A stretch of DNA of 64,000 nt, from assembly GCA_022759365.1 (NCBI GenBank), contig JAEMPJ010000007.1, positions 9,372 to 73,371 of the forward strand. The letters run 5' to 3'. Within the stretch, counting starts at the first letter, position 1; each line of letters begins with the position of its first letter. The notes beneath the pieces were generated by a model. That model saw only the letters and a list, made by a program, of their open reading frames with translations. It did not search any database and was not told the DNA's origin. The position numbers and the translations under genes were made by a program. The DNA is from Thermogladius sp. GTDB taxonomy: Archaea > Thermoproteota > Thermoprotei_A > Sulfolobales > Desulfurococcaceae. Positions 1-11,691 of the stretch are shown piece after piece.

Positions 1-129
1 ATGTAACCAGGCGAAACCTTGTTACATCAGCTAGGCCTTGTCGAATGCAAAACCACCCTTATTCTAAGCCTGTGGCCTTCATATAGTGATTTTAATTAGA
101 TTGATTCAGTATTATTAAGCTTTAACAGT

Positions 130-711
130 TCAGGGCTCGAGATATATAATCATGTAACCCTTCTTACTGATTTTCTCAACCCTCCCATAGACTTTACTTG
201 CCTTCTCTAAGATGCTCTCCCCACCCCTCGCCAAGACGAATTGTGCCCACCCGCCGGGTTCAAGGTAGTTGATTGCGTTCAACACTATTTTCTCCACAAC
301 GCTCATTCCAGCTGAGAGAGGTGGGTTAGAGTATATCGCGTTGAACCTTAAGCCCTTAAACGGGGTGTAGGAGTCCCCCTCTACTACTGTGACTCTATCT
401 TCAACTCTATTCAACCTGGCATTCATTTTCGCTACTTTCACTGCGAGAGGGTTGATATCAACCATGAACACCCTAATGTTCGGTGAAACCTTGGCTACGG
501 ATATACCTATAACCCCGTAACCGCACCCGACGTCTAGGACGTTGCCCCGTGGTGGTATTTTCAAGTACTCCAGGAGTAGGCGTGTCCCTTCATCCACCTT
601 GCTTCCCGAGAACAAGCTGGTGTAGGATACGAATTGGAGGGTTACCCCTCTGTAGACAAACGGGATTAACACTTTTTCCCCTAAACTCCCCTTCCTGAAA
701 TAATGGGTCAA
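130..711 (-). CDS. RsmC-like class I SAM-dependent methyltransferase
   Basis: LFSGSKVDEGTRLL, motif I LDVGCGYG, motif IV SNPP; overlaps the cbf5 stop. Confidence 0.85.
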   Translation of the reverse strand: MTHYFRKGSLGEKVLIPFVYRGVTLQFVSYTSLFSGSKVDEGTRLLLEYLKIPPRGNVLDVGCGYGVIGISVAKVSPNIRVFMVDINPLAVKVAKMNARLNRVEDRVTVVEGDSYTPFKGLRFNAIYSNPPLSAGMSVVEKIVLNAINYLEPGGWAQFVLARGGESILEKASKVYGRVEKISKKGYMIIYLEP

Positions 712-1772
712 GTCCCTGAAACCTGCCTCCTCCAGGCTTGTGGATACACTCCTGTCGGCATATACACCCTCTTAACTTTGACGACAACGCCCCTGCTCAT
801 ATTCTTGATCTCCCCCGAGTCGTACTGTGAGACCCCTAGGGCGACTAGTTCGCCTTTTAAAGTGAGCAGAGCCACGGTCGAACCCTTTCTAACATCGCTG
901 GTCAACCTGGCAACACCAGGGGCAGCTAGGTTGGCGCCGTGGGCTACCGCGTCTACAGCTGTGTCCAAGATCATAATCTTGGGCATGTGGACAATCGATA
1001 CTTCAACGGGCTGTACAACCCTCCTCAGCAGTCTCTCGTCCCCGCTCTCCCTCCACAAGGTGACCGCCTCCATCACCTCCTGCATCGTGAACAATGTTTC
1101 ATCCTCTTTGAAAGGCCCCGTCCTAGTCCTCCTCAACTCCCTCATGTGGGCTCCAACACCCAGGAGCAAGCCCATGTCGTGGGCTAGTTTCCTCATGTAA
1201 GTCCCTGGGTCTGATGTAACCCTTAACAAAGCAAACCTTCCAGTGTATTCGAGGAGCTCTATTTCATAGATCCTCCTCTTCCTCAAAGTCCTCTTCACGC
1301 TCGACCTGAGGGGCGGCCTCTGGTAGATCTCCCCTCTAAAATACTCTACAACCCTCCTCAGCTTATCCTCCTCGACTTTATCGTGTAATTGGACAACCAT
1401 CACGTATTCTTTAACCGTGTGTACTACATTGCCTATAACCTTAGTAGCGTTCTCCAACCCTACAGGCAGGACACCTGTAACCTTGGGGTATCCCCGCCCT
1501 CTTCACGAGGGCTCTAGGGTACCCCCGTGCCCAGCCTTGCTGACCCCTAGTAATCTCTTAACCCACGCGACGACCTCATGGCTCGTTGGCCCAGGCGGCT
1601 TATCTAGATTTATCACCCCGTTCACTATGTGCTCTTGAATAGGCCTCTCGTAGGGTAGCTTACCGTAATCAGGGGATGTATCTGCTTCTCTAACCGTGAT
1701 CCACTCGTTTTTATACCCGGCTCTCACCGTGATATGGTCTATGAAGGCCAGGGCTTTCTCGACTATACCCAT
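708..1772 (-). CDS. cbf5: H/ACA pseudouridine synthase Cbf5, two exons (1772-1514 and 1489-708), ~346 aa after splicing
   Basis: Exon 1 has LDKPPGPTSHEVV and GHGGTL; exon 2 has PKVTGVLP, GTYMRKL and a PUA domain; removing 24 nt restores GHGGTLDPKVTG. Confidence 0.95.
1490..1513 (-). other. 24-nt archaeal mRNA intron in the catalytic Asp codon of cbf5
   Basis: AGCCCTCGTGAAGAGGGCGGGGAT; contains an in-frame TGA; GCCCTC/GAGGGC stem; AGA and ATA 3-nt segments flank a CCCT/GGGG 4-bp helix (BHB/BHL-type motif). Confidence 0.92.
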
Positions 1773-1955
1773 CCACCGCACCCTAGTCTTATGTTATAGA
1801 AGGGCGTATTTAATCATGCTATAACGCATCTCCCGTCTCTTTGGCCCTTGGGCATCTACACGGGCTCAACTGGTTTTAGGATCCCATATAATTCTAAGTT
1901 GTGTGAGTATCCCAAAATTTCTTCTTGTTTTCTACCATGATTTTCAAAAAGCTAC

Positions 1956-2246
1956 TCAGATAGCTTTCGGGGAGATTTTAATTTTTTCTCTCATGAAGTC
2001 CGTTAGACCGCTCTCCCCAATCGCTTTGAGCACTTCCTCGTCGCTCGCACCTCTAGAAATCGCCACTTTCTTATCAAGAGGCTCGATGTGCTTGATGTTG
2101 ACCCTCCTCCTTTTCACGCCCGTTAGACTCTTCGGCCCTGTTATCAAGACGAATGTGTCATCAATTATGTCCACAATCACGCATTTCCTGCCTGCTTCTC
2201 TACCGGTTAGTTTGACGCATATCCTACCTATTTCAATAGCAGGCAT
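1956..2246 (-). CDS. rpl14e: 50S ribosomal protein L14e
   Basis: [29 protein letters not shown] (KOW motif). Confidence 0.95.
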   Translation of the reverse strand: MPAIEIGRICVKLTGREAGRKCVIVDIIDDTFVLITGPKSLTGVKRRRVNIKHIEPLDKKVAISRGASDEEVLKAIGESGLTDFMREKIKISPKAI

Positions 2247-2257
2247 AATCAACCCCC

Positions 2258-2818
2258 TTAATGAATAGCAGTTTTTCGTGTTTTTAAAAACTTGTCTATA
2301 CTCGACTTTATGATCGCGAATGTTTCGTCTACTGTCAGAGTTGAAGTGTCTACTATGAGGTTGAATATGGATAAATCCGTTGGATCTATCCCGTAGTATT
2401 CAATAAACCTCTTTCTCTGGACGGTTTCACGTATAATTGTCTCGCGGAGCGCCTGATTAAAAGGCTTGCCGTCTCTCGCGGCTATTCTCTGGACGCGGAT
2501 GTTCAGGGGGGCCGTTATGTATATTTTGAAATCGACTATATCGCTTGCAATCCACGCGGTTAAATGCCCGTCTAAGACGATGTTGTCCTCTAACGCGAGT
2601 TGGAATGTCCTCCGGTCGATCTCTAAGTCTATGCTGGGGTCTCTAGCCGCTATTAGCGATAGCTCCTCGATGGTGAGACCCCTCGACCTAGCTATCTCCC
2701 TGAAAATACTTCCAGCAGAGTAGTAGACTAGAGAATACGCGTCCGCTATTCTTCTAGCCTGAGTCGTCTTACCGCTACCAGGAGGCCCGCTTACAGCTAT
2801 CCGAACCAAAACCGGCAC
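2258..2818 (-). CDS. cmk: cytidylate kinase (archaeal)
   Basis: [11 protein letters not shown]-loop, SAGSIFRE; conserved position between rpl34e and rpl14e. Confidence 0.9.
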   Translation of the reverse strand: MPVLVRIAVSGPPGSGKTTQARRIADAYSLVYYSAGSIFREIARSRGLTIEELSLIAARDPSIDLEIDRRTFQLALEDNIVLDGHLTAWIASDIVDFKIYITAPLNIRVQRIAARDGKPFNQALRETIIRETVQRKRFIEYYGIDPTDLSIFNLIVDTSTLTVDETFAIIKSSIDKFLKTRKTAIH

Positions 2819-2839
2819 CGCTCTGAGGGGGTTTGGAGG

Positions 2840-3112
2840 TTAGGCGGCAGCCCTAGCAGACTGCCTCAGCAGTCTCGCAAGGCATCTCGGGCAGATCACG
2901 CCGCCGTAAATCCTCTCAGGCCTCTTCTCCGTCTTAGCCAGCTTCCTCAACTGGCTAGGCCTCAGCCTTGGAACGCCGTTCAAAGGCCTCCCGCAGATTG
3001 CGCAGTGTGCGACCGAAGGCTTCCTCTTCTCATAGTGTATCTTCAGCTCACCGCCAGGCGTCCTAACAACAACCCTCCTTAGACTCCTAGACCTGTACAT
3101 TGGCCTAGGCAT
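2840..3112 (-). CDS. rpl34e: 50S ribosomal protein L34e
   Basis: [24 protein letters not shown]. Confidence 0.95.
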   Translation of the reverse strand: MPRPMYRSRSLRRVVVRTPGGELKIHYEKRKPSVAHCAICGRPLNGVPRLRPSQLRKLAKTEKRPERIYGGVICPRCLARLLRQSARAAA

Positions 3113-3177
3113 CCTTGTAACCCTCGCGGTTCCTATCGTGTAATCCTGAAAATCGGCTTGGAGCTTTATAAATCCTA

Positions 3178-4605
3178 CTACTCGCCAATAAGCTTCTTCA
3201 GCAATGGGTATGCCTCGAGAGCCCTCTCGTAGGCTATCAGCATGTAGTACTGTTGGACGATACCTATTGCCAGGAGTAGGCCCATCCCACCGCCGTATAC
3301 GCCGAGAACATCCGAGAGCGCAGCTAGGACACCGACTATCAGGCTTGAGAGAATTGTAAGCGGTGTAATGTATTTCTCGAGCATTTTCTCAAGTATCTTC
3401 GGGTTCCTCCTCATCCCGGGCACCTCCATCCCGCTGTCGACTAATTGCTGTGCTTGAGCTGAAGCGTTTAAACCCGATACTTCAACCCACATGTAGCCGA
3501 ACACTATTGAGAGCGATACCAGCACAACAATGTAGACAACAGTCTTGACGGGGTCAGCGTACGCGCTGTAAACCCCTAGCGGGGAGTTCAAGTAGTAGGC
3601 CAAGCCGCCAACCAGGTTCCCGTTCTGATCGTAGGTGGCCAGTGCATTAACCAGCCACTGAGGTATTACTCCACCGCCGTAGGTTCTAAACAGCGAGGCG
3701 AAAACGAGTATGTCTGCGTAGAGTATTCCGACGAAGAGGACTGGGATGTTCGACACATAGAGGAATTGGAGGGGTATCCTAGTCTTGATGGATTGAAGCC
3801 TAGGCGTGGTGATCGGTATGTTTACTTTTATGTTACTCAAGTAGATTAACAGGATTGAGACGACTATTGTAGCTATTAACCCGACGAGATCCCTGCCTCC
3901 TGGTCTCACCATCACGCTGGATATACTGCCGCCGCTCGACAAAACTTGGATCAAGTAGGGTATTAGACCAATGGCTGCGCCGTTTATTACGACAGGGCTG
4001 AACGTGTTCCAGAATATTATGGTCGCCACGCCTGCTAGTATGAACAGGCTTACACCAGATCCGATCCCCCAGCCCTTCTGTATCATCTCGTCGAGGAGTA
4101 TAGCTACGTAGGCGCCAGCGAAGATCTCCAGGCCGACAACAAGCCTCGCAACCCAGGAGGCTGAGCATGATGTAAACGGGTTCGACCCGGTGACAGGCCA
4201 GTACCTGCAGGAGAGGACATACATGGCTGCCTCGAAGACAGCTAGTATTACAGCGAGGGTTTTCTGCGCTGAAGTAAACTTCTTCCTGTCTTCGGGGTTC
4301 GTCAAGTCTAGATCTATGAGTTTAGCGCCAACAAGGATCTGCATTATCAAGCCCGCTGTAACAATAGGCCCGATACCGAGCTCCATTAAAGTACCTCTAT
4401 TAGAGGCGAATATTACCTGGATTAGCAGTATCTGCTGCTGCGGCTGGATCGGGATACCGTATAGGGGCGTGTTCGCCATGATCAAATACGCGATTAAAGC
4501 CATCGCGGTCCAAAACAACCTCTCGTAGAGTGATGGTTTCCTCTCCGGCTTCTTGGCTGTAGGCATGTAATCGGCGATCCTGGCCATCACATCTAGAGTA
4601 CCCAT
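3178..4605 (-). CDS. secY: protein translocase subunit SecY
   Basis: [39 protein letters not shown]; ~10 TM segments. Confidence 0.97.
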   Translation of the reverse strand: MGTLDVMARIADYMPTAKKPERKPSLYERLFWTAMALIAYLIMANTPLYGIPIQPQQQILLIQVIFASNRGTLMELGIGPIVTAGLIMQILVGAKLIDLDLTNPEDRKKFTSAQKTLAVILAVFEAAMYVLSCRYWPVTGSNPFTSCSASWVARLVVGLEIFAGAYVAILLDEMIQKGWGIGSGVSLFILAGVATIIFWNTFSPVVINGAAIGLIPYLIQVLSSGGSISSVMVRPGGRDLVGLIATIVVSILLIYLSNIKVNIPITTPRLQSIKTRIPLQFLYVSNIPVLFVGILYADILVFASLFRTYGGGVIPQWLVNALATYDQNGNLVGGLAYYLNSPLGVYSAYADPVKTVVYIVVLVSLSIVFGYMWVEVSGLNASAQAQQLVDSGMEVPGMRRNPKILEKMLEKYITPLTILSSLIVGVLAALSDVLGVYGGGMGLLLAIGIVQQYYMLIAYERALEAYPLLKKLIGE

Positions 4606-4712
4606 TACCAACACCGTTTTCTCCAGAGAGCCGACGCAACTACTTGGGTTAAAGATGCCTCCCGGCTATTAAAACTTAACCGCCACGTTGAAAAAACTTT
4701 TACTTACTTTAC

Positions 4713-5159
4713 TTACTCTAGGAGTTGGACTACGCCACCCGCCTCCTCAATCTTCCTCCTAGCGTTCTCGGTGATGTATTCGGTTATCACTTTCATCCTT
4801 TTCGTTACCTTCCCCTTCCCAGTCACCTTGTTGAAGCCGAGCTTCGTGGCGTCTATAACAATCATGCCTTCCTCCACTACAGCTTTGCCCTCTCTAACAA
4901 GTTTATCCGCGATCTCATCGAGTACTCCGACGTTGATTTCCCTCACAAGCTCCGTCCTGCTAGTCGGGTTCACGAAGCCGTGTTTACCATACCAGTCGGG
5001 CGCGTACTTCAACATCCATATCCACTTGTGCTTATGCTGGCCCACCGCACCAAATCCACCTCTAGAACCACTCTTCCTGTGCTGTCCCACCCTACCCCAG
5101 CCCATCGTCCTGGTCCTACCCCTTAGCTTCCTGCTCTTCTTCCTCTTCCTCACGACCAC
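4713..5159 (-). CDS. rpl15: 50S ribosomal protein L15
   Basis: [29 protein letters not shown]. Confidence 0.95.
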   Translation of the reverse strand: MVVRKRKKSRKLRGRTRTMGWGRVGQHRKSGSRGGFGAVGQHKHKWIWMLKYAPDWYGKHGFVNPTSRTELVREINVGVLDEIADKLVREGKAVVEEGMIVIDATKLGFNKVTGKGKVTKRMKVITEYITENARRKIEEAGGVVQLLE

Positions 5160-5169
5160 GATACACCAC

Positions 5170-5646
5170 CTACAGCATTCTTTTAATCAAATCGTTGATC
5201 CCGCTACCACGGTAGCCTAATTCGCCGTGATCCCCTATGGGCTTTTTAACGCTTCCCTTAAACCCTCCTCTAGGGGGGTGTAACCGGAAGACGGGTTTGA
5301 TGACGTCCTGCTTGTGGAGGACTATCTCGCCTGACGATATCTTTCTCGCCAGCTCCTCAAAGCTGTCCACGTTGAAGAACTTCTTCAGGATGTCTCTACT
5401 TAGCTTCAAGCCTCCCTTGACACGCCCCCTCTTCTCCAAGAGCAGGGCAAGCGTCTCCTCATCTATCTCACCCCAGGTAACCCAGTCTTTCACCTTCATC
5501 AGCATTCCTTCTAAGCCGGGTAGATCCTTCGGGTATATCACCAAACTATACTTCCTCCTTAGTCTAAGCAGGTTGAGAGTATGCTCGACGTCCGCAGGGG
5601 TGTCGGGTATCCCCCTGATCCTTATCACAGCGTAGAGTACTGGCAT
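5170..5646 (-). CDS. rpl30: 50S ribosomal protein L30
   Basis: [26 protein letters not shown]. Confidence 0.95.
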   Translation of the reverse strand: MPVLYAVIRIRGIPDTPADVEHTLNLLRLRRKYSLVIYPKDLPGLEGMLMKVKDWVTWGEIDEETLALLLEKRGRVKGGLKLSRDILKKFFNVDSFEELARKISSGEIVLHKQDVIKPVFRLHPPRGGFKGSVKKPIGDHGELGYRGSGINDLIKRML

Positions 5647-5656
5647 CCCCAAACCC

Positions 5657-6301
5657 CTACCCTCTCAGCCAGTCGAGCGGTGTAACGAACCTGTATGTGT
5701 TTTTAAGGGCGTTGACTGTCGCCTTAGCGAAGTTTACTGTGGTTCTCGTCTCACCGAACGTGTCTGTCCAGGCATCCTTTATACCCGCCAACCTCAGGAC
5801 AACCTTGGCGACCTCACCTGCCACAAGCCCCGTCCCCTTTGGGGCTGGTTTTATGATAACTCTCACACTACCGCTTTTACCTTCAACAGTGAAGGGGACG
5901 CTATGCGGCTCACCACACCTACACTCCCAGCTACCACACCCCCTCCTGACGGGAACTATGTTTAACTTGGCGTCTCTGATAGCTTTGTTCAAGGCTTCAA
6001 CGTATTGTTTTGCCTTACCCAACCCCACGCCAACAAAACCGTCTTCGTTGCCGACGACAACTATAACCCTGAACCTTGTCCTCCTGCCCGCGTCAGTCAT
6101 TTTCTGGACTAGACCAGCGTCTATCCTCTCGTACTTCAAATTAGGTAGAAGGTAGTCAACTATCTCCGGCTCCAACAAGGGGAGGTTCCTATCGAATATC
6201 TCCTTCAACGACGTGATCTTGCCTTCAAGCACTAGTTTACCCACTCTAGTCCTCGGAACCCACTTCTCTAAAGCCGCTTTATCCACCGCGCTCGAGCTCA
6301 T
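5657..6301 (-). CDS. rps5: 30S ribosomal protein S5
   Basis: [29 protein letters not shown]. Confidence 0.97.
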   Translation of the reverse strand: MSSSAVDKAALEKWVPRTRVGKLVLEGKITSLKEIFDRNLPLLEPEIVDYLLPNLKYERIDAGLVQKMTDAGRRTRFRVIVVVGNEDGFVGVGLGKAKQYVEALNKAIRDAKLNIVPVRRGCGSWECRCGEPHSVPFTVEGKSGSVRVIIKPAPKGTGLVAGEVAKVVLRLAGIKDAWTDTFGETRTTVNFAKATVNALKNTYRFVTPLDWLRG

Positions 6302-6302
6302 A

Positions 6303-6893
6303 TCAACCACCATACTCCACTATTATCTTCTTCTTAACCTCCTCGAAGTGTTGTGGGAGCTCCTCAGGGTTTAAACCTTTCGCCAAATACCTCGAGAAGT
6401 ATCTCTCTAATAGACCTTTCTCTCTAAGGATTTTAGACCACGAAGCTATATGCTCCCCTCTAATCCTATCATCGCTCGGGAACATCCCTTCACCCACAGG
6501 TATACTCAGGCCGGCGTCTATCCCGCCTTTAGCGGCTGCGAACACTATCCCTCCCTTCACAGGTTTATGAAGTCCTATATCGAGAATCGCTTCTTTAATA
6601 CCCTTCCTCAAAGCCCTATAGCCTGCTAAAAGCCCTGTTAAATATGCTGAGGGGGTGTTAGCCGTGCCGCCTTTCCAACCGTACTTCTTGACTAGCTCGT
6701 TGGAGTGTGCTGAAGCCACTATGTAGTCTCCGTTCGGCTTAGCTACTGCTACTTGAACCCAGATGTAGTTCAGGGTTTTCCTTACAATGAACCTCGGCTT
6801 CCCGGATATCACCATCCTGTATCTCTTGTAGTAGTTTGTTTTACCCTCTCTCCTCCTTCTCTTCGGAACCTTGTATCTAGGTCCTCTAGCCAT
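6303..6893 (-). CDS. rpl18: 50S ribosomal protein L18
   Basis: [30 protein letters not shown]. Confidence 0.96.
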   Translation of the reverse strand: MARGPRYKVPKRRRREGKTNYYKRYRMVISGKPRFIVRKTLNYIWVQVAVAKPNGDYIVASAHSNELVKKYGWKGGTANTPSAYLTGLLAGYRALRKGIKEAILDIGLHKPVKGGIVFAAAKGGIDAGLSIPVGEGMFPSDDRIRGEHIASWSKILREKGLLERYFSRYLAKGLNPEELPQHFEEVKKKIIVEYGG

Positions 6894-6902
6894 ATCCAAC
6901 AC

Positions 6903-7355
6903 CTACTTTTTCAAAATGCCTTGCTCAACAAGGTATGTTCGGAGGGAGTTGAAGGACTTGAAGAAACCACCCTTCGCAAGCATGTAAAGCCTCCTGTAAG
7001 TCTTCTTGTCTATAAGCTTCCTATCCCTCAAGTACCTTAGATACCTCCTCATCTTCCTAATCTTATTCATCCACGCCTCTTTTTCATCCATTCTAGCCGT
7101 CCTAACTCCCTTCCTCTTCCCACTTCCCCTCCTCCTACCCTTCTTCCTCTGGGCGTGCCTTACTTTACTACTGTACCCAGCGTTCCTGTGAACCGGGACG
7201 ACATAGATGGCTTTTTCTTCGATAAGCCTCTTAATCTCCTCTCTTGTTATAGCATCAGCGACATCATCCACCCTAGCTGGATCCACTCTAATTCTCGAGA
7301 CACCTACCCCAAGTATCTCGGAGGCTAATCTCTTCTGGAAAGTTAGGTCACTCAT
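6903..7355 (-). CDS. rpl19e: 50S ribosomal protein L19e
   Basis: QKRLASEILGVG, AITREEI, YRRLYMLAKGG. Confidence 0.96.
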   Translation of the reverse strand: MSDLTFQKRLASEILGVGVSRIRVDPARVDDVADAITREEIKRLIEEKAIYVVPVHRNAGYSSKVRHAQRKKGRRRGSGKRKGVRTARMDEKEAWMNKIRKMRRYLRYLRDRKLIDKKTYRRLYMLAKGGFFKSFNSLRTYLVEQGILKK

Positions 7356-7768
7356 CCGCTACGCACCTCCACCACGGCCGGGGGGTTAGCCACTTTGAAG
7401 CCTCTCGATACAGCTGCTCTGTAAATCTCGATCTTCTTCTTCAACCCTGTATTGCCACTTATATATATAATGTTCTTCGAGGGATCCAATTTGTTGAGTT
7501 CCTCAAGGGTCGATACAACCGCCGGGATTAGCCCGGATGGGTGGTAGCCTCTTACTTCGGATGGCCCGCCGTAACCCACCGATACTAGAGGCGGATAGCC
7601 TTTCAGTTTTCTTTTAACCTTGTTGTCAATGCCCTTGGGCTTACGCCATTTAGGATCGTTCTTGAACTTCGGTTTCTTCCACCACAAGTACCGCAGGAAC
7701 TCGGGTTTCTTGGATTTAATCCTCTCCCTTAACTTTAGCAAGCGTTCTATGTCATCTCTCAATTCCAA
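7352..7768 (-). CDS. rpl32e: 50S ribosomal protein L32e
   Basis: KWRKPKGIDNK, GYHPSG; TTG start inferred from upstream GAGGGGTG. Confidence 0.93.
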   Translation of the reverse strand: MELRDDIERLLKLRERIKSKKPEFLRYLWWKKPKFKNDPKWRKPKGIDNKVKRKLKGYPPLVSVGYGGPSEVRGYHPSGLIPAVVSTLEELNKLDPSKNIIYISGNTGLKKKIEIYRAAVSRGFKVANPPAVVEVRSG

Positions 7769-8315
7769 CACCCCTCTCATATAGGTAAATGCCGTCAGCA
7801 AAAATCCTCCTGTCGAGGTCTCTTATCTTAGTAGCTCTCTCTATGTTAGCCGCTGTTTGACCGACCTCCTCAATATCTATGCCTGTTACGATAACGTCCT
7901 CGCCGGATACCTTTACTTTCACGTTTCTTCCATGGATCTTCGCTATCCTATCGGCTTTTTCCCCGAGGAAGTTCTTTATCCTAACAACATTGTTCTTCTC
8001 ATCGACCTGCACAGTGATTGGGAAGTGTGAGTAAATTATCTTAAGCTTGTATGTGAAGCCTTTTGTCACACCCGTTATCATGTTCTCGATGTGTGCCGCT
8101 ATAGTGCCTACCAGGGCCTTTTTCTTCCTGTCCAGCAAATACCCCTCTACAATAACTCTGTTCCCTTCCACTCTAATCCCGACACCTTTAGCATGGCTGA
8201 AATCTTTCTCCAGCTCTCCAAGAGGCCCTTTAACCCTGACCTTCAACCCTTCTACTTCAACGCTAACGTTATCGGGTATATTGATCGTAGAGCTGGAATA
8301 CACTGCCTTAGCCAT
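7752..8315 (-). CDS. rpl6: 50S ribosomal protein L6
   Basis: VKGPLGEL, IYSHFPI, NFLGEK, DRRIFADGIY. Confidence 0.96.
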   Translation of the reverse strand: MAKAVYSSSTINIPDNVSVEVEGLKVRVKGPLGELEKDFSHAKGVGIRVEGNRVIVEGYLLDRKKKALVGTIAAHIENMITGVTKGFTYKLKIIYSHFPITVQVDEKNNVVRIKNFLGEKADRIAKIHGRNVKVKVSGEDVIVTGIDIEEVGQTAANIERATKIRDLDRRIFADGIYLYERGVGIER

Positions 8316-8324
8316 CCCCACCAC

Positions 8325-8726
8325 CTAGTAGACGTAGGCTAGTAGGACTCCTCCCAAATGCTTCTCGACTGCCTCCCGGTGGCTCATAACTCCGCTTGAT
8401 GTGCTTATGATTAGAACCCCGATATTGTAGGCTGGCAAGTACCTCTTCAACCACTCCGGGAATTCCACAAGCTCCCGGTACGTCACGCTAAACCTCGGCT
8501 TGATAACCCCGATCTTGTTAATCCTCCCGAGTAATTGAACCTTAACCTTACCCCACCTACCGTCGTCGATGTACTCGAATTCGCCAATATACCCCTCTCT
8601 CTGGAGAACCTTCAACACGTTTAATATGAGCTTCGACGCGGGCATTATCAATACTTCACTCTTAGACCTCATCGACGCGTTCTGAATCGCTGCCAGGGCA
8701 TTAGCGAGCGTGTCCATCATAACCAT
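8325..8726 (-). CDS. rps8: 30S ribosomal protein S8
   Basis: [30 protein letters not shown]. Confidence 0.96.
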   Translation of the reverse strand: MVMMDTLANALAAIQNASMRSKSEVLIMPASKLILNVLKVLQREGYIGEFEYIDDGRWGKVKVQLLGRINKIGVIKPRFSVTYRELVEFPEWLKRYLPAYNIGVLIISTSSGVMSHREAVEKHLGGVLLAYVY

Positions 8727-8763
8727 AAGCAACACCTCCCTCTATATTGGTTAAAAAGCTTAT

Positions 8764-8928
8764 TTAACCATATTTTTTAAACCCTATTGAAGCCGCTAGC
8801 TCTCTGAAACACTGCCTGCAAAGGTATAGCCCATATGCTTGTATAACCGCGTCCCTGGAGCCGCATCTCCTGCACTTCCTACTGCCCTTCCCATAGGTTC
8901 TTTCCTTTGGGAGCCTATACTTACCCAT
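8764..8928 (-). CDS. rps14: 30S ribosomal protein S14 (Zn type), 54 aa, below the ORF-track cutoff
   Basis: Translated by hand: [54 protein letters not shown]; lies between rpl5 and rps8. Confidence 0.95.
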   Translation of the reverse strand: MGKYRLPKERTYGKGSRKCRRCGSRDAVIQAYGLYLCRQCFRELAASIGFKKYG

Positions 8929-8936
8929 CAAACCAC

Positions 8937-9503
8937 CTACTCTGGGACTATCTCCACCCCAAGCTCCTTCTTGAGCAAGAGCATGGCTTCCTCCTTTGAA
9001 ACCCTGTGCCTCCTAGGCACTCTCTTCTTCCTCATCCTCTTCCTCCTCATAATCCTATAGCCAGGCCTCTCAATTGTTATACAAACATCCATCCCGAAAA
9101 TACCGACCTCAGGGTCGTACTTCACGCCAGGGATGTGTATGTGCTCTTTAATCCCGAAACTGACATTACCGTTGTCGTCGAAGCTCGAGGCCTTCAGCCT
9201 GTAACCAACGGCTTCTAATGCTTTCCTGAGAAAGCTCAACGCCTTCTCGCCTCTTAGAGTCACCATTGCCGCTATATTCTCGCCTTTCCTAATACCGAAA
9301 TCCCTAATAGTCCTCTTAGCCCTCCTCGGCACAGGCTTAGCACCAGTCAGCTCTTCCAGAACCTTCATCGCTTTACCCAACCTATCCGTCGCAGAACCGA
9401 CGGAGATGTTCACTGTAACTTTTGTTATCCTCGGCTTCAGCATTGGATTGCTATTCCATTTTTCCAGAATTTTCTCTTCTTCAATCACTACCCCGGATGT
9501 CAT
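8937..9503 (-). CDS. rpl5: 50S ribosomal protein L5
   Basis: [33 protein letters not shown]. Confidence 0.96.
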   Translation of the reverse strand: MTSGVVIEEEKILEKWNSNPMLKPRITKVTVNISVGSATDRLGKAMKVLEELTGAKPVPRRAKRTIRDFGIRKGENIAAMVTLRGEKALSFLRKALEAVGYRLKASSFDDNGNVSFGIKEHIHIPGVKYDPEVGIFGMDVCITIERPGYRIMRRKRMRKKRVPRRHRVSKEEAMLLLKKELGVEIVPE

Positions 9504-10252
9504 TTCCACGCGCCCTCCGGCAGTGTGATCAAGGGCTTCTCCTTACCTATTGGGAAAACATAGTTCAAGCTTGTCTGGAACAAGTTGCCGTTTTTATCCT
9601 CGATTACGGCTATACTCCTTCTAACACCCATACCCCTGTAAACGCTCTTCAGCAAGCCCACTCTACCAACGTTTCTCCCACCGGATATTATCACCAGGGT
9701 GTTCTCTGCGAGAGGTATGTAGTCCATTATCTTATTGTCCGCTAGGGATAGTTGTATGGTGCCAAGGGTATCGTATACATCCTCAACTGGGTTTCTTGGA
9801 TCGCTCACTCTAACCAGAACGTTCCTGCCGTCGTGTAGGTTTAGCTGGATATGACCTCCCTTAACTGTAACCTTGTCCTCAATCCTGCAGAGCTTGAACG
9901 AGGCTTCTTCCCGAGGTATCTTGACAAACCCTATGACCTTGGTTGGGACAGGCACAACCCTGTAATACTCGTCCGTTGGCACGATATGCAGGACGTCCAT
10001 GAAGCCGACTGGGAACTTGTAGTCGCGTACGACACGCCCGTCTATTCTGAAGTTCCCCTCGGCTATAAGCCTCCTAGCCTCTCTAGCGGTTTCAGCGTAC
10101 CCGAAGACGTTTCTCACAACAATTAACAGGGGTAGAGAGTACTCTATCGGGTGCGGGCCCGGGGATGGTTTAACAGCCCACTTAAACTCTTTTCTCAGAA
10201 TCGGCCAGTAGTATGGTGCCGCCAGGGCCTTTAAATGCCTCGAACCCGTCAT
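9500..10252 (-). CDS. rps4e: 30S ribosomal protein S4e
   Basis: [29 protein letters not shown]. Confidence 0.96.
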   Translation of the reverse strand: MTGSRHLKALAAPYYWPILRKEFKWAVKPSPGPHPIEYSLPLLIVVRNVFGYAETAREARRLIAEGNFRIDGRVVRDYKFPVGFMDVLHIVPTDEYYRVVPVPTKVIGFVKIPREEASFKLCRIEDKVTVKGGHIQLNLHDGRNVLVRVSDPRNPVEDVYDTLGTIQLSLADNKIMDYIPLAENTLVIISGGRNVGRVGLLKSVYRGMGVRRSIAVIEDKNGNLFQTSLNYVFPIGKEKPLITLPEGAWK

Positions 10253-10626
10253 TCTCCCCCACCCTTCCTCCGCTCTATGATTTTCATCCTATACTTATCG
10301 CTCAAGTCTAGCTTCGTTATCATAACCTTGCTGGGGTGAATCGGGTAATAGACTAGTGTTCCATCAGCTTTCTTCACCTGCACGCCCTCAACAAAAATCC
10401 TAGCCTTCTTCAAGTCCACGTCCACGACTTTGCCTTCATGCCCCTTCCAATCCCCTCTAAGTATCTTGACGGTGTCGCCCTTGCGTACAGGGAGCCTTTT
10501 CACACCATATTTCTCCGCGAGCTCGTCGCTTAGTTTAGCTGTGAGTAACTTGTGCCTTAAGTGTAGCTTAGCCTCGTAGAGGGCTTTACGTTGCTTAGAT
10601 GGTTTTTTAGAGGTTGTTAAAGCCAT
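10249..10626 (-). CDS. rpl24: 50S ribosomal protein L24
   Basis: [28 protein letters not shown]. Confidence 0.96.
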   Translation of the reverse strand: MALTTSKKPSKQRKALYEAKLHLRHKLLTAKLSDELAEKYGVKRLPVRKGDTVKILRGDWKGHEGKVVDVDLKKARIFVEGVQVKKADGTLVYYPIHPSKVMITKLDLSDKYRMKIIERRKGGGE

Positions 10627-10635
10627 CCATCCCAC

Positions 10636-11064
10636 CTAGACGATCATTGTAGCTAGGTTTGCTATCTGGGGCCACCTCTCCGCGGCCTCCCTGGCCACCG
10701 GGCCTCTTATCTCGCTCCCCTTGGGCGTCCCCTCGGGGTTAAGCAATACTACAGCGTTATCCTCGAATGCCACCCACACGCCGCTTGCCCTACGGTAAGG
10801 CCTCTTCTGTCTTATGACTATGGCTTTGAAGACCTGCTTCCTGACGCTCGGGGTACCCTTCTTAACCGTGACTACAACGAGGTCGCCTACACCAGCTGGT
10901 GGAACCCTCCTCAGCCTACCCTTGTAGCCTGGGACGCCTATTATCATTGCCTCTTTACCACCACTGTTATCGGCCACTACTACACGGGAACCGACTTGGA
11001 GACCAGTGTTAACCCTACGCCTGGAGAAAGCTGGTTTACCTGCTACAGCTCTCTTCGCGCCCAT
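10636..11064 (-). CDS. rpl14: 50S ribosomal protein L14
   Basis: [31 protein letters not shown]. Confidence 0.97.
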   Translation of the reverse strand: MGAKRAVAGKPAFSRRRVNTGLQVGSRVVVADNSGGKEAMIIGVPGYKGRLRRVPPAGVGDLVVVTVKKGTPSVRKQVFKAIVIRQKRPYRRASGVWVAFEDNAVVLLNPEGTPKGSEIRGPVAREAAERWPQIANLATMIV

Positions 11065-11065
11065 C

Positions 11066-11407
11066 TCAACCACCCTTCTTGACTACGCCTAAAACAACAA
11101 ATGAAACACTCTTAGCCAAAGGCCTTGTCTCACCTATAACGACCACATCCCCTTCTTTCACCTTAATGCACGGCGGGAGATGAGCGTGAATATGTTTATG
11201 CCTCCTCTCATACCTCTTGTACTTGGGGTCGTAGTACAAGTAGTCGTGCCTGACGACAACCGTCCTCTGCATTTTAGCGCTTTTAACCACACCTGTTAGA
11301 ATAGCGCCTCTCACCTTCACGTGCCCGTGCCAAGGGCACTTAGGATCGTTACATGTCTCGCTAGGCGGCTCCACACCCTTAATGCCGATGTTACGCGCCA
11401 CACTCAT
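11066..11407 (-). CDS. rps17: 30S ribosomal protein S17
   Basis: [26 protein letters not shown]. Confidence 0.96.
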   Translation of the reverse strand: MSVARNIGIKGVEPPSETCNDPKCPWHGHVKVRGAILTGVVKSAKMQRTVVVRHDYLYYDPKYKRYERRHKHIHAHLPPCIKVKEGDVVVIGETRPLAKSVSFVVLGVVKKGG

Positions 11408-11691
11408 TTAAACCACCTCTTAGCTCTCTTAAGCCTTTCAGCTGGTCTACCTAAGATTAAATCCCCCTTTATAACCACTACTTCCCCGTTAGGGAGCTTG
11501 AATTCAAATACTCCATTGGGCTTTAAAACCCTAATTCTTCTACCCGAGCTAGTCTCGAGGAGGAGGGTTTTCAAAGTCTCATCAACAACTACACCCTCTA
11601 ATCCATTGAGTTTTTCATCCGTGTACGATAAAACACGTATTCTTAAGCCTATCAACTCGTGGTAGAGAATATTCTTACTGCTTAGCTTCAA
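11404..11691 (-). CDS. rnp1: RNase P protein component 1 (Rpp29)
   Basis: HELIGL, GVVVDET, GRPAERLK; start approximate. Confidence 0.9.
   Translation of the reverse strand: MKLSSKNILYHELIGLRIRVLSYTDEKLNGLEGVVVDETLKTLLLETSSGRRIRVLKPNGVFEFKLPNGEVVVIKGDLILGRPAERLKRAKRWFK

Noticed and set aside
708..1781. cbf5 as a pseudogene or stop read-through
   Set aside because: Read-through would leave 8 extra residues at the catalytic Asp; intron removal restores the exact motif
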